From assembly GCF_009914755.1 (NCBI RefSeq), contig NC_060937.1: a stretch of DNA of 64,000 nucleotides. The stretch is one strand, 5' to 3'. This stretch comes from the human T2T-CHM13v2.0 reference genome, Homo sapiens. The notes under the pieces are model-generated. The model made no database searches. It was not told where the DNA came from and worked only from the letters and a program-made list of their open reading frames with translations. Positions 31,116 through 47,900 of the stretch are shown one piece after another. The position numbers and the translations under genes are program-made. How positions within the stretch are numbered: position 1 is the first letter of the stretch; each line of letters opens with the position of its first letter.

Positions 31116-31414
31116 AGAAGTTAGTCATTTTCATTCATTTTTCCCACCATAGTATGTGATAGATTTCCAAAAAGTACAAGGCTACAAGATTCCAGATTTC
31201 TGAGTTACTAGCTATCCCAGTGAGTCCGTAACTGGGAAATTTTATCATCTGACTGTAATGAAAGTGCCATCTATATAACTGTAACAGTAGCCTGAAGAAG
31301 AAATGTTTAGGATGAAAGCCAAAAACAAATAGATAACTTAGGGAGTCTAGGTCAGTGATGTTTGAATTTATATATTTATAAACTTCTCACAAAAGTTTCA
31401 GTATAAAAATTTTA

Positions 31415-34400
31415 ACTTTTTTATTTCAATAGCTTTTGCGGTACAGGTGGTTTTTGGTTACATGGGTGCATTGCATAATGGTGAGATCTGAGATTTTAGG
31501 GTACCCGTAACTAAAGTAGTGTACATTGTACCCAATATGTAATTTTTTATTCCTCACCCACTGCCACCTCCCTCTCTGCTTCTGAGTCTCCATAGTCCAT
31601 TATGTCATTCTGTATGCCTTTGGGTACCCATAGCTTAGTTCCCACTTATCAGTGAGAATGTATGGTATTTGGTTTTCCATTCCTGCATTCCTGAGTTACT
31701 TCGCTTAGAATAATGGCCTCCAGCTCCATCCAAGTTGCTGCGAAAGACATTATTTCATCTTTCTTATGGCTGTGTAATATTCCATGGTGTATATATATAT
31801 ACACACCACTTTTTTTAAACCACTCACTAATCAATGGGCCCTTAGGTTGGTTTTATATCTTTAAAATTGTGAATTGTGCTGTGGTAAACATACATGTACA
31901 GTTGTCTTTTTAATAAAATGACTCCTTTTCCTTTGGGTAGATACCTAGTGGTGGCATTGCTGGATCAAACGATAGATCTACTGTTAGTTCCTTAAGAAAT
32001 ATTCATACTGTTTTCCATAGAGGTTGTACTAATTTACATTCCCACCATCAGGGTATAAGTGTTCTCTTTTCACCACATCGTTGCCAGCATCTATTGGTTT
32101 TTTGACTTTTTAATAATTAAATTCAATAATATTTTTTGCAGGAGTGGGGTGGTATCTCATTGCAGTTTTCATTTGTATTTCCCTGATGATTAGCAATGTT
32201 GAGCATTGTTTTTCATATGTTTTTGGCCATTTGTATACCTTCTTTTGAGACATGGCTGTTCATGTCATTTACCAACATTTTGATAGGATTTTTTTCTTGG
32301 TGATTTCTTTGAGTTCCTTGTAGATTTGGGATGTTAGTCCTTTGTTAGCTTCACAGTTTGCAAATATTTTTCTCCTATTCTGTGGGTTGTCTGATTATTC
32401 TAATTATTCTTTTTGCTGTATAAAAGCATTTTAGTTAAATTAGGTCCCATTTATTTATTTATTTTTGTTGCATTTGCTTTTGGGGTCTTAATCATGAATT
32501 ATTTGCCTAGGCCAATGTCCAGAAGAGTTTTTCCTAAGTTATCTCCTAGAATTTTTATGGTTTCCAGTCTTATATTTAAGTCTTTTATCTGTCTTGAGTT
32601 GATTTTTATAAGGTGAGAGATGCTAGCCAATTTTCCCGGCACCATTTATTAAATATGGTGTCCTTTCCCAAATTTATGTTTTTGTATGCTTTGTCAAAGA
32701 TCACTTCATTGTCAGTATTTGGCTTTATTTCTGGGTTCTCTATTCTGTTCCATTGGTCAATGTGCCTACTTTATTTTTTAAACCAGTACCATGCTCTTTT
32801 GGTAACTATAGCCTTGTAGTATAATTTAAAGTCTAGTAATGTGATGCCTTCAGATTTATTCTTTTTACTTAGGATTGTTTTGGCTATTTGGGCTCTCTTT
32901 TGGTTCTGTATGAATTTTAGAATTGTTTTTTCTAATTCTGTGAAAAATGATGTTGGTATTTTGATAAGAATTGCATTGACTCTGTAGATTGCTTTGAGCA
33001 GTGTAGTCATTTTCATGATATTGATTCTTCTGATCCATGAAACACATCCATGGGATGTTTCCATTTGTTAGTGTTACCTATGATTTCTTTCAGTAGTGTT
33101 TTGTAGCTCTCCTTGTAGAGATATTTCACCTCCTCCTTGGTTAAGTATATTCCTGGGTATTTTATTTTTTGCAGCTGTTGTACAACGGATTGAGTTATTG
33201 ATTTGATTCTCAGCTTGGTCATTGTTGTATATAGCAGTGCTACTGATTTGTGTACATTGATTTTGTAACTTGAGACTTTACAGAATTCATTTATCCAAAC
33301 TCTAGGTATATGATCATATCATCAGCAAACAGCAATATTTTGACTTTCTCTTTTCAAATGTGGATACACTTTATTTCTTTCTCTTGCTTGATTGGTCTGG
33401 CTAGGACTTCCAGTACTATGTTGAATAGAAGTGGTGAAAGTGGGCATCCTTTTCTTGTTCCAGGCCTCAGAGGAAATGCTTTCAACTTTTCCCCATTTGG
33501 TGTAATGAAAACTGTGGTTTTGTCATAGATGGCTCTAATTTTTTTTAAGGTATATTCCTTAGACGTCTAGTTTGTTGAAGGTTTTTATCATAATGGGATG
33601 CTGGATTTTATTGAATGCTTTTACTGCATCTATTGAAATGATCATATGATTTTTGTTTTTTGATTCCGTTTATGTGATATATCATATTTGACATGCATAT
33701 GTTAAAGCATGCCTGCATCCCTGGGATGAAACCCACTTGATTATTGCATATTATCTTTTCGATGTGCTATTGAATTCAGTTAGTATTTTGTTGAGGATTT
33801 TTGTATCAATGTTCATCAGGGATATTGGTCTGTAGTTTTCTACAGACCAGTATTCCTGGTTTTGGGTATCAGAGTGTTACTGGCTTCATAAAATGAGTCG
33901 GAGAGGATTCCCTCTTTCTCAATCTTTTGGAATAGTTTCAGTAGGATTGGCACCAATTCTTCTTTGAACATCTGATAGAATTCAGCTGTGAATCCATCTG
34001 GCCCTGGCTTTTTTTGAAGTCGACAGTTTTTTTTATTACTGACTCAATCTTACTGCGTGTTATTGGTCTGCTCAGGGTTTCTATTTCTTCCTGATTTAAT
34101 CTAGGAGGCTTGTGTGTTTCCAAGAATTTATTCATTTCCTCTAGATTTTCTAGTTTGAGTGCATTGAGGTGCTCATAGTTGTCTTGAATGATCTTTCATA
34201 ATTCTGTGGTGTCAGTTGAAATGTCTCTAGTTCCATTTCAAATTGAGTTTATTTGAATATTCTCTCTTCTTTTCTTGGTTAATCTAGTTTATGGTCTATC
34301 AATTTTACCTTTTCAAAGAACAAGCTTTTTGTTTCATTGATTTTTTTTTGCTGTTTAATTTCATTTTGTTCTTCTCCGATCTTATTTCTTTTCTTGTACT

Positions 34401-36680
34401 AGCTTTGGGTTTAGTTTGTTTTTGTTTCTCTAGTTCCTTGAAGTATGAAATTAGGTTGTCAATTTGTGATCTTTCAGACTTTTTGCTGTAGGCATTTAGT
34501 GCTATAAACTTTCCTCTTAGCACTGCTTTTACTGTATCCCAGAAGTTTTGATAACTTGTGTTACTATTATCATTTATTTTAAAGGGCTTTTTAATTTCCA
34601 TCTTGATTTCACTGTTAACCCAAAAATCATGCAGGAGCAGATTGTTTAATTTCTATGTATTTGTATAGTTTTGAGAGTTCCTTTTGGAGTTGATTTTTAG
34701 TTTCATTCCACTGTGATCTGAGAAGATACCTGACATGACTTTTATTGTTTAAAATTTATTGAGACTTGTTTTGTGGCCTATTGTATGGTCTATATTGAAG
34801 AATGTCCCATGTGCTGATGAGAAAAATGTATATTCTGCAATTCTTGGGTAGAACTTTTTGTAAATATTTGTTAGGTCCATTTGTTCTAGAGTGTAGTTTA
34901 AGTCCATTCTTTCTTTGTTGACTTTCTGTCTCAATGATCTGTCTAGTGCTGTCAATGGAGTGTTGGAGTCCCCAACTATTATTGTGTTGCTGTCTATCTC
35001 ATTTCTTGGGTCTAGTAGTAAATATTTTATGAATCTGGGAGCTCCAGTGTTAGATGCATACAAATTTAGGATTGTAATATCTTCTTGTTGGATTAATCCT
35101 TTTATCATTATATAATGACTTTCTTTGTCTTTTTTTTTACTGTTGTTGCTTTAAAGTCTGTTTTATCTGATATAAGAATAGCTACTCCAGCTCGCTTTAG
35201 GTTTCCATTTGCATGCAATATCTTTTTCCACCCTTTTTCCTTGGGTTTATATGAATCCTTATGTTTTAGATCAGTCTCTTGAAGACAGCAGATATTCTGT
35301 GGTTTGTGGATTTTTTTTTAATCCATTCTGCCAATCTATTAAGTGGAGTATTTAGGCCATTTATGTTCAATGTTCATAGTGAGATGTGAGGTACTGTTCT
35401 AATCATCATGTTAATTGCTACCTAGATACTTTGTTTTTTTTCATTGTGTTATTGTTTTATAGGTCCTTTCAAGAGGTTCTATTCTGGTGTATATTGACCT
35501 TTTGTTTCAGGACTTAGAACTCCTTTTAGCATTTCTTGTAGGGCTGGTCTGGTAGTGACAAATTCCCTCAGCATTTGTTTGTCTGAAAATGACTTTATTT
35601 CCTCTTTGTTTATAAATCTTAGTTTTTCTGGATAAAAAATTCTAGGTTGAGAGTTATTCCCTTTAAGGCGGCTAAAGATAGGACCCCAATCCCTTCTGGT
35701 TTGTAAGGTTTCTGCTGAAAAGTCTGCTGTTAGTCTGATAGGTTTTTTTGTTTTGTTTTGCTTTTTAATAGGTTACCTGATGCTTTTGTCTCATTTGTCT
35801 CAAAATTATTTCCTTCACATTGACTTTAGACAGTCTGATGACTATAGGCGTTGGTAAAGTCCTTTTTGTGATGAATCTCCCAGGAGTTCTTTGAGCTTCT
35901 TGTATTTGGATATCTAAATTTCTAGCAAGCTCAGGAAAGTTTTCCTCAATTATTCCCTCAAATAATTTTTCCAAACTTTTTACTTACTCTTCTCCCTCAG
36001 AACACCAATTATTCTTAGATTTGGCCATTCTACATAATCCCATATTTCTTGGAGACTTTACTCATTTCTTTTTATTCTTTTTTCTTTATTTTTGTCTGGG
36101 TTAATTCAAAAGCCTTGTCTTCTAGCTCTAAAATTATTCTTCTACTTGTTCTAGTCTGTTAAAACTTTCCACTGCATTTCGTCATTCCCTAAATGTGTCT
36201 TTCATTTCTAGAAGTTCTGATTTTTTTTAAAATCTATTTCTTTAGAAAACTTTTTATTCATATCCTGAGTTGTTTCTTAATTTCTTTATGTTGGTTTTCA
36301 CCTTCTTCCGGTATCTCTCTGAGTAGCTTAATAATCAACCTTTTGAATTCTTTATCTGATACTTCAAAGATTTCATTTTAGTTTAGATCCATTGCTGGAG
36401 AGCTAGTGTGATCTTTTGGGGATGTTATAGAACCTTGTTTTGTCATATTGCCAGAATTATTTTTCTGGTTCCTTCTCATTAGGGTAGACTATTTATTCTA
36501 ATTATTCTTGAATTTATTTTTTATTTGATTTTTTAAAATTTCTTTTTTCCCCCTTAAGGATGTGACCTTAATGTTTACAGTTTATTACAGCCTAATTTGG
36601 CTCTTGGTGCTTTCAGGGGTGAAGTCTGCATAAGTTCCTTGGTTATAGAGAGTCTTTGTATGATGGCTTTGTCAAATGTC
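31415..36680 (-). mobile_element. Degenerate ~5.3-kb LINE-1 (L1PB-like) with ORF1 and ORF2 remnants
   Basis: L1PB-type 3' end; minus-strand ORF fragments match ORF2 endonuclease (34749..35108, ITILNLYASNTGAP...IIVGDSNTPL) and ORF1 (35765..35974, IIEENFPELAR...IQEAQRTP); many stops and frameshifts. Confidence 0.93.
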
Positions 36681-36899
36681 AACATAAATTTAAATAGCTG
36701 CAAAAGATTAAACTTCCTCCCCATCCTGCATATTGACATTTTAAAATAAAACTTTTCAATAAAACCAATGAATACTCTGAATGCTTTAGCAAATTAATAC
36801 CTGCCATGATCTTTTAAATAAACACACAAATAAGTTCTATTTGATCATTTATTTCATTTCTTTCTCTTCTTGAACTCTCATTCCCACTCCACTTCCTCC

Positions 36900-40324
<3,425 letters not shown>

Positions 40325-40959
40325 TTATATTTAAAGTAGTCAGCATGACCAATCTGTGCTGCTTCACCACCTCAGAGCTGCTTTTCTTTCCAGCTAATGG
40401 TATGTCCCAGAGATAAGATGATAAATGCCTATCTTTAAATGTGGCAGGAAAGGAGTCACTTTAAGCATTCTACATCCTCTCTTCTCTCAGAGGCCTCTCC
40501 CTAAAAAGAGGTGAACATTTTGTAATTGTTAGGAGATAGAAAACCAGACATTACTCTCAGCCATGCTCTATGACTTAGCTAAATTCAGAGCCTCCCCACA
40601 CATACCTAGTACCCTGGGTATAGCACAACCCTTCACTCTATAGAAATACACATGACATTGAGAACCACAAGCCCAGACAAGTGGTTCCAAGTGGAACTTG
40701 GATTACAAGGAGGTGTCTGTGAAATCACTCCTACCATGTTTCCCTTCACTGGGGGACCCCCTCAGGGTTGGAGGCTTATTCCTCGAGACAATGCACCATA
40801 GAAAAAGCCTGTGGTGAAATGGGGAAGGGAGAATCAGGCAAGGGGTAAAGGAAGAAAGAACCCACATACATTTGCAGGTTTGTTCTCAGGTGGATATGTT
40901 CTAGGAAAGAGTATATTGAGAAATTGAGATCTGAAAATTGATTCTTTTAAAGATTTTTG

Positions 40960-41290
40960 TGACTAAGTGTGGTGGTCCACGGCTGTAATCCCAGCCTGTA
41001 GCATGCGCCTGTGGTCCCAGCTACTTGGGAGTTTGAGGTAGGAGGATCGCTTGAGGCTAGAGGTTCAAGACCAGCCTGGGCAACATAGTGAGACCTCATC
41101 TCAAAAAATAAAAATAAAAAATAAATCAGCTGGGCATGGTGGTACATGCCTGTAAGTCCTAACTACTTGGGAGGCTGAGGTGGGAGGATAGATTGAGCCC
41201 AGCAATTAGAGGCTGCAGTGAGCTATGATGGTACCACTGCACTCCAGCCTAGGCAACAGAGCAAGACTCTGTCTCAAAAAAAAAAAAAAA
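40960..41290 (+). mobile_element. Alu (AluJ-like) with rearranged left arm
   Basis: Dimeric Alu with an extra cctgt..cccagc segment; A tail. Confidence 0.88.
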
Positions 41291-41419
41291 GCTATTTGTG
41301 CTGTGTCCCGTCCCTTTGGAAACTCTCCAGTTTATATCTGAATGGCAATAGAATGATCATCCAGATGGATGTTTTTTTCTAACTTCCTAGATATTTGCTT
41401 CTTACAGAGATAATCTGAA

Positions 41420-41914
41420 TCTATTCAGCCCTTTTTTAAAAAAAAGTCAAAATGAAATATTTTAAACATACACAAAGGAACACACAACAAATCCCCCACT
41501 ATGACCCAGCAACAGCAATCATCACTCGTTAGATACTGTTATCTGTACCCTCCACTAATCCTTCCCACTAGAGTATGTGGAAGCAAATCCCAGGCATTGT
41601 ATCATTTCAATTCTAAAGATTTTGTATGTATCTCTAAAAGATAAGGATGTTTTAAAAATATGTAACAATTATATTATCTCACCTTTAAGAAAACCAATTC
41701 CTTAATATCAAATAGCCAATCAGCAATCAAATCTCTCCAATTGTCTCATAACTTTTTTTTAAAAGGCAGTGGTTTGAAATTGAATCTAAAAAAGGTCCAC
41801 ACATTTCATTTGGTTATTGTCTCTTACCTCATTTAATCTTTAAAAAAAAAGAGAGAAAGAGAACTTTTTTTTTTTTTTCTGACAAATTCTTTGTTGAAGA
41901 AACAGAATCATTAT

Positions 41915-41961
<47 letters not shown>

Positions 41962-42300
41962 GTCTCCATGATGCCATTTAAATGATTTCTCTTTTCATGT
42001 ATTTCCTGTAATCCAACATTCTGAAGACTTCATCTGATTCAAGTTTTGCATTTTGGCAAAGATATTTAATAAGTGATGATGCATGTATTCACTCAGAAGT
42101 TCATAGTGTCTGGTGGTCCTCTTTTGGAGCTGTGAGTGGACATTGCTGGCCATTGCCTAGATTCATTATTTCATTATGGGCTTGAAACTAGTGATATTTC
42201 AATTCTTGTATTTCTTCCCTTTATCAAATGGGAGATTTCTATAGAGAGAAGCTTTTCTTCACCAGCTATTTGGTTACACTGAAGTGCCATTTGTATTGGA
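41420..42300 (-). mobile_element. Ancient L1M fragment containing a poly-T run (41922-41960)
   Basis: aagcaaatcccaggcattgtatcatttc...tatctctaaaagataagga, an L1MC/ME-type 3' region. Confidence 0.55.
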
Positions 42301-42540
42301 GAGTGTTCAGCTCTTTAAAAAAATTAATGAAATAAATTTCATATTGTTATGTTTTTAAATTTTATTTTAGGCATCTGTACTTTTGTTAAAAGCCATCCTA
42401 AAATACAGGGTTGTTTTCCTTCAAGGAAAACCTGAAATTAAATTATTTCTGGCACCAACTCTTATGCCAATCAATCTTTTTAAAAAATGTAATGAGTAAA
42501 ATGATTTGACATGTGTACTTTTGTGAGATTTGGTATTTAA

Positions 42541-42747
<207 letters not shown>

Positions 42748-42949
42748 TAATATCTACATATGTGTTGAATTTAATACTGTACTGTATCAACAACTCATAA
42801 GAATGAGAGTTTAAATATGTCACAAAGATCTCTCAGCTTCTACAGTCACAGGATACATGGTTCTTTTTAGACTATTTCCTGTCTACCTTCTCACATTTAT
42901 TTCTAACCTCTTGTGTTCTATCCCCTGGAGTTTTTTTTAAAAAAGGACT

Positions 42950-43495
42950 TTTTAAAAATTGAAGTGAAATTTACGTAATATAAAATTAACCTTTTAAAGT
43001 GAACAATTCACTGGCATTTAGTACATACATGCTGTTGGACAGCCATCACCTTTATTTTTGTTCCAAACCATTTTCATCATCCTAGAAGGAGACCTCATAC
43101 CCATTAAGCAATTACCCCCGACTCCACTCCCCACCGTCTGCTTTCTATGTCCGTGGATTACCTTTTGTGGATATTTTACATGTGGAATCAATAATAGGTG
43201 ACCTTTTGTGTCTGGCTTCTTTTCACTTAGCATAATGTTTTCAAGGTTCATCATCTAAGAAATTATCTGACTAGAAAGAAGACAGGAAAAGCACTATTAT
43301 GAAGACTACCCATGTAGCATCCGTGTAGCAAATATCAGTACTTCCAGTCTTTGTCACAGTTGAATAATATTCTCTTCCGCGGATAAACCACAGTTTGTCT
43401 GTGTGTGCATCCATTAATGCATCTTTGGATTGTTTCCACCTTTTGGCTATTGTGAATTGTGCAGCTATGAACAGCCATGTACAAGTACTTGTGCT
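42950..43495 (-). mobile_element. L1MB/MC-type 3' fragments
   Basis: ttttgtgtctggcttcttttcacttagcataatgttttcaaggttcatc; ttgtttccaccttttggctattgtgaat. Confidence 0.75.
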
Positions 43496-44167
43496 TAGCC
43501 TTGTGTTTCATACGCTCTCAAACCTCCATTTTTTAAATCATTCTGTTGCCTCTACCTAGAATGCCCTTATCCTGTGCATGAAGGGAACTCCTATATTTCT
43601 TCAAGACTCACATTAAAGAAAGCCATCTCTAAGTTCCTTCTCCCCTGGGTGGAAATAGCTGATTCTCCGTGTGTGTTTTCTTGTCTTTCTATTCCCTTCT
43701 CCCATCACAAAAGGTAATGCTTTGTTGTAGTAAAGGGTTTCATTTGCTTGACTGCCACATGGGATGGGACAACCTGGGATGGAGCCACCTTGATGCATTC
43801 AATAGATGATAAAGTGGTAGAATGAACAGGATTTGATGACTAAAAGGATGCAAAGGATAAGGAAGAGGAAAGTATAATGTTCAACTTCTGACTTGGACAG
43901 CTGGTGTATGCAGATTCTGTTTACTCAGCTGGAACATGGTGGAGGACCAGGTTGGGTGGAGAAGGGCATTGGGGGAACATGTAGTTTCAGTTGAAGACAT
44001 GTTGGTTGAAGATGTGTCCAACAGGCAGTTTAATAGACAGGTCTGGAGCTCTTGGGGGAGAGATGAGCTGGACATATGGACTTGGAAGTCATTAGAATGT
44101 ATACATATAGCTGATTAAATTTGGTTCCTTGTGATATCCATTCATTGTAATGTATTCAACCCTGAAA

Positions 44168-44190
44168 AAAAATATATATATTTATAGACC

Positions 44191-44233
<43 letters not shown>

Positions 44234-44380
44234 GTATGTATATATCTCTTGGAGATATACACATAAAACTCCTGTCTCTAAAAAATATATATATCTAAAT
44301 TATATATTTAATATATAATTTATATATAATATAAAAATATGTCTCTAACATATGTATTATTATGTATAATTAGATATATT
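44168..44380. repeat. (TA)n/(CA)n compound microsatellite and AT-rich tract
   Basis: About 17 CA units flanked by TA repeats. Confidence 0.9.
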
Positions 44381-44665
44381 ACAGACAAGATCTTGCTTTG
44401 TGGCCCAGGGTGAAGTGCAGTGGCACAATCAATCAGAGGTCACTACAGCCTCGAACTCTTGAACTCAAGTGATGCTCCCACCTCACCCTCCAGAGTAGCT
44501 TAAAGTACAGGTGCATGCCACCATGCCCAGCTAATTTTTTATTTTTTGTAGAGATAGAATCTCACTCTGTTTCCCAGGCTGGTCTCAAACTCCTGGGTTC
44601 AAGCAATCCTTTCACCCTGGCCTTCCAAAGCCCTGGGATTACAGCCGTGAGACACTATGCTTGGT
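44380..44665 (-). mobile_element. Alu (AluJ-like)
   Basis: Diverged reverse Alu whose tail has decayed into the adjacent TA tract. Confidence 0.88.
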
Positions 44666-44982
44666 CATCCTTTATATTTTAAAATTAATGTAGAAGAGTT
44701 GATTACAATATTATACTGTATGTATACAATATTATACTGTATTTATACATTCACAAACACACGACCATATAATTTTCCCTTCCTCTAAGTACTATTGAAG
44801 GCTCTCAACCAATGAGAGCTAGTGTGGCTGACTGTCCTGCGTGTTCTCAGCCAATGAGTGTTCACATGCCAGATGGCAGCTCCTATTATTCTAGGTATTG
44901 AATATCAACAACTGCTAACGTTACACAAGAAAAACAACGATGTATTATCTGCCTCCTACAGCCTTGTGAAACACCATTTATT

Positions 44983-45193
44983 CAGGGGTGTCTAATCTTT
45001 TGGCTTCCCTGGGCCACAGTGGAAGAAGAATTGCTTTGGGCCACACATAAAATACACTAACACTAATGATAGCTGATGAGCTTTAAAAAATGAAATCGCA
45101 AAAATATCTCATAATGTTTTAAATAAGTTTATGAATTTGTGTTGGGCCACATTCAAAGCCATCCTGGGTGGGGCCACAGGTTGGACAAGCTTG
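44983..45193. mobile_element. MER30 hAT-Charlie MITE
   Basis: caggggtgtctaatcttttggcttccctgggccac ... ggttggacaagcttg. Confidence 0.85.
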
Positions 45194-45918
45194 ACTTCTA
45201 GTTTAGTGAATTTGAGTCTCTGGATACACCTGCCAATTTGCAGGAAATACAGGGGACAGAGGAACTTGTTAAACAACAAATGCATACGCAATCAACAAAA
45301 TCCAGACTTTGGGACCTCTGCACAGCAAATGGCTTCTTCAATAGATAAATCATAATTTTATGTATTGGTTTTTCCAGTTGATAGATTGTGAGGGAAAGAA
45401 GGGAATCAAGAGAGAACTTGAAAATTAAAAGAGGTTTAAAAGGCAAGTTTGGGACAGCGAGTATACCTAACTATTTTGAAGAATTTTGGTGCAAAGGGAA
45501 ACTGAGGAATAGCTTAGTAACTAGAAGGGGAAGTACAGTGAAGAGAGTGCTTTCTTTTTAAGATAGGAGAAATAAACGCATTCTTGGATACAGATGGCAA
45601 TGATCCAGCAGAGAGGAAGAGATTCAAGTTGCAAGAGAGAAGTAAGGACTGTTGGAGCGATTTGCTGGAGTAGACTCAGTAGAGAGGGATCTAGTGCTGC
45701 AGGCGGGGCTGGGCCTTGCTGAGGGCACCTGCGCGGCTCCCCTCCCGTCACAGCATGTGTGAGTGCAGGTGCGGTGGCTGGGACACGGTTGGTGGGCTGT
45801 GGAGGTTATTTTCTGGTGGCTTCAATTTTCTCAGGGAAATAGGAAGCAAGATCATGGGAAAGAGGGACGATGGCAAGAGGGGGTGAAGATTTCAAGTTTT
45901 ATCATCCTAAAATCTCTC

Positions 45919-46338
45919 TTTTTTAATTTTATTATTATTATACTTTAAGTTTTAGGGTACATGTGCACAACGTGCAAGTTTGTTACATATGTATACATGT
46001 GCCATGTTGGTGTGCTGCACCCATTAACTAGTCATTTAGCATTAGGTATATATCCTAATGCTATCCCTCCCCCCTCCCCCCACCCCACAACAGGCCCCGG
46101 TGTGTGATGTTCCCCTTCCTGTGTCCATGTGTTCTCATTGTTCAATTCCCACCTATGAGTGAGAACATGCGGTGTTTGGTTTTTTGTCCTTGCAATAGTT
46201 TGCTGAGAATGATGGTTTCCAGCTTCATCCATGTCCCTACAAAGGACATGAACTCATCATTTTTTATGGCTGCATAGTATTCCATGGTGTATATGTGCCA
46301 CATTTTCTTAATCCAGTCTATCATTGTTGGACATTTGG
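45919..46338 (-). mobile_element. Short 5'-truncated L1PA 3' end
   Basis: attatactttaagttttagggtacatgtgcacaacgtgc ... ggacatttgg. Confidence 0.93.
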
Positions 46339-46781
46339 AGGTGACAAGAGAGTGCTGGCCATTCCTGTCCTTCAGCAAGTTGCTGAGGCCTCTGCATGTA
46401 AGGCAGAGTTTTCCTCAGGGGCTCCCAAGGGGAAAGCAGCTACTGCCTGTGCTCCTTGGGAATGGCCAGAACTAGAATTAACATGGGTTATTTCTTCCCT
46501 TAGTCTTATCTGTAGGAGACTTCTGGTTGGAAGCACAACTCTTTGAAGTTTTCAATCTCATTTTCTCATTTTCAATGTGAAAAGTCAAAGAAATGTACAG
46601 AGCCCGCGTTTCGACTGGGTCAACCAATGTCTCCTGTTGACGGGCTCCCAGCATCCATGCACCTGCAGTGGCAGCTGGTTGTAAAGGATTCTGAAGAATA
46701 TGTGCACACAGACACTCAGATTATTGATCCTATTGGGTGAACCCATATGGATTTTCTTGAAAATTATGTTTGCTTTGATAG

Positions 46782-47036
<255 letters not shown>

Positions 47037-47099
47037 TGAAGTCTAGGCATGGAGACAGGCGACTTTGCAAATAAAAACCATCAAGTATAAAAAGGTGCA

Positions 47100-47900
47100 C
47101 CTTGTGGGAAATGCAGGTTGCTGTGGGCATACAGGAAGACATCCAGCTTAGTGTGGGATAGGGGGTCAGGAAAGGCTTCCCTGCCTGGCCCAAAGGATGA
47201 AGAGGAATTAGCCAGGCAAAGAGGTAGGGGAGAGTGTTGTTACAGGATTGAAGACCTGCAGGAACATTTCAGGAACTAAAAGAACTTCAGCAAGAGTAGA
47301 GCATCAAGGGCAAAGGGAGGGTTGAGGGAGGAGATCAACGTGGGCAGAGAACACCCAGTCTGGAAGGGCATTACAGGGCATACTAAAGAGTTTGGAGTTC
47401 ATCCCAGAAGCAATTAAGAGGTTTTTATTAAGGTAGTGACACAATTCAGATGTCGACTTTTAGAAGCCTCACACTGGCTGCAGAGTGAAGAATGGAGATG
47501 GCCCTTCAGGAAGAAGGTGGACAGGAGGAGGCTGTTAGGGGAGCGCAGAGAGGAGTGAGGTGGCTTGACACAGGGCTGTGGCAGTGCGGATGGAGGCAGG
47601 ATCTGCAAGGTGGTGGCATGGGCACTTCAGTCAGCAATAAGCCCCTTCCAGGGTAGGGGCTGTGGCTTTTGGCTCACATTGTCTCACCAGCACCCACCCC
47701 AGTGCCTGGCTTATCACAGGTGATGAAAATAAATATTGGTTGAACAAATAAATGAATGATAGGGATGAGTGACTGACAGATGTCAGAGATACGGGAGTAA
47801 TAGGAGTCTGCCTTGGAGTTCCTTGTGGATGGGATGCTGGTGTCTTCTGTAGGTAAGTAGGAAACCATGAGAGGATGAAGTGAGGGCCATTTTATTCTCT
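47100..47900. mobile_element. L2 LINE fragments
   Basis: gtcaggaaaggcttccc...aaggatgaagaggaattagccagg; aataaatattggttgaacaaataaatgaatga tail. Confidence 0.65.
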
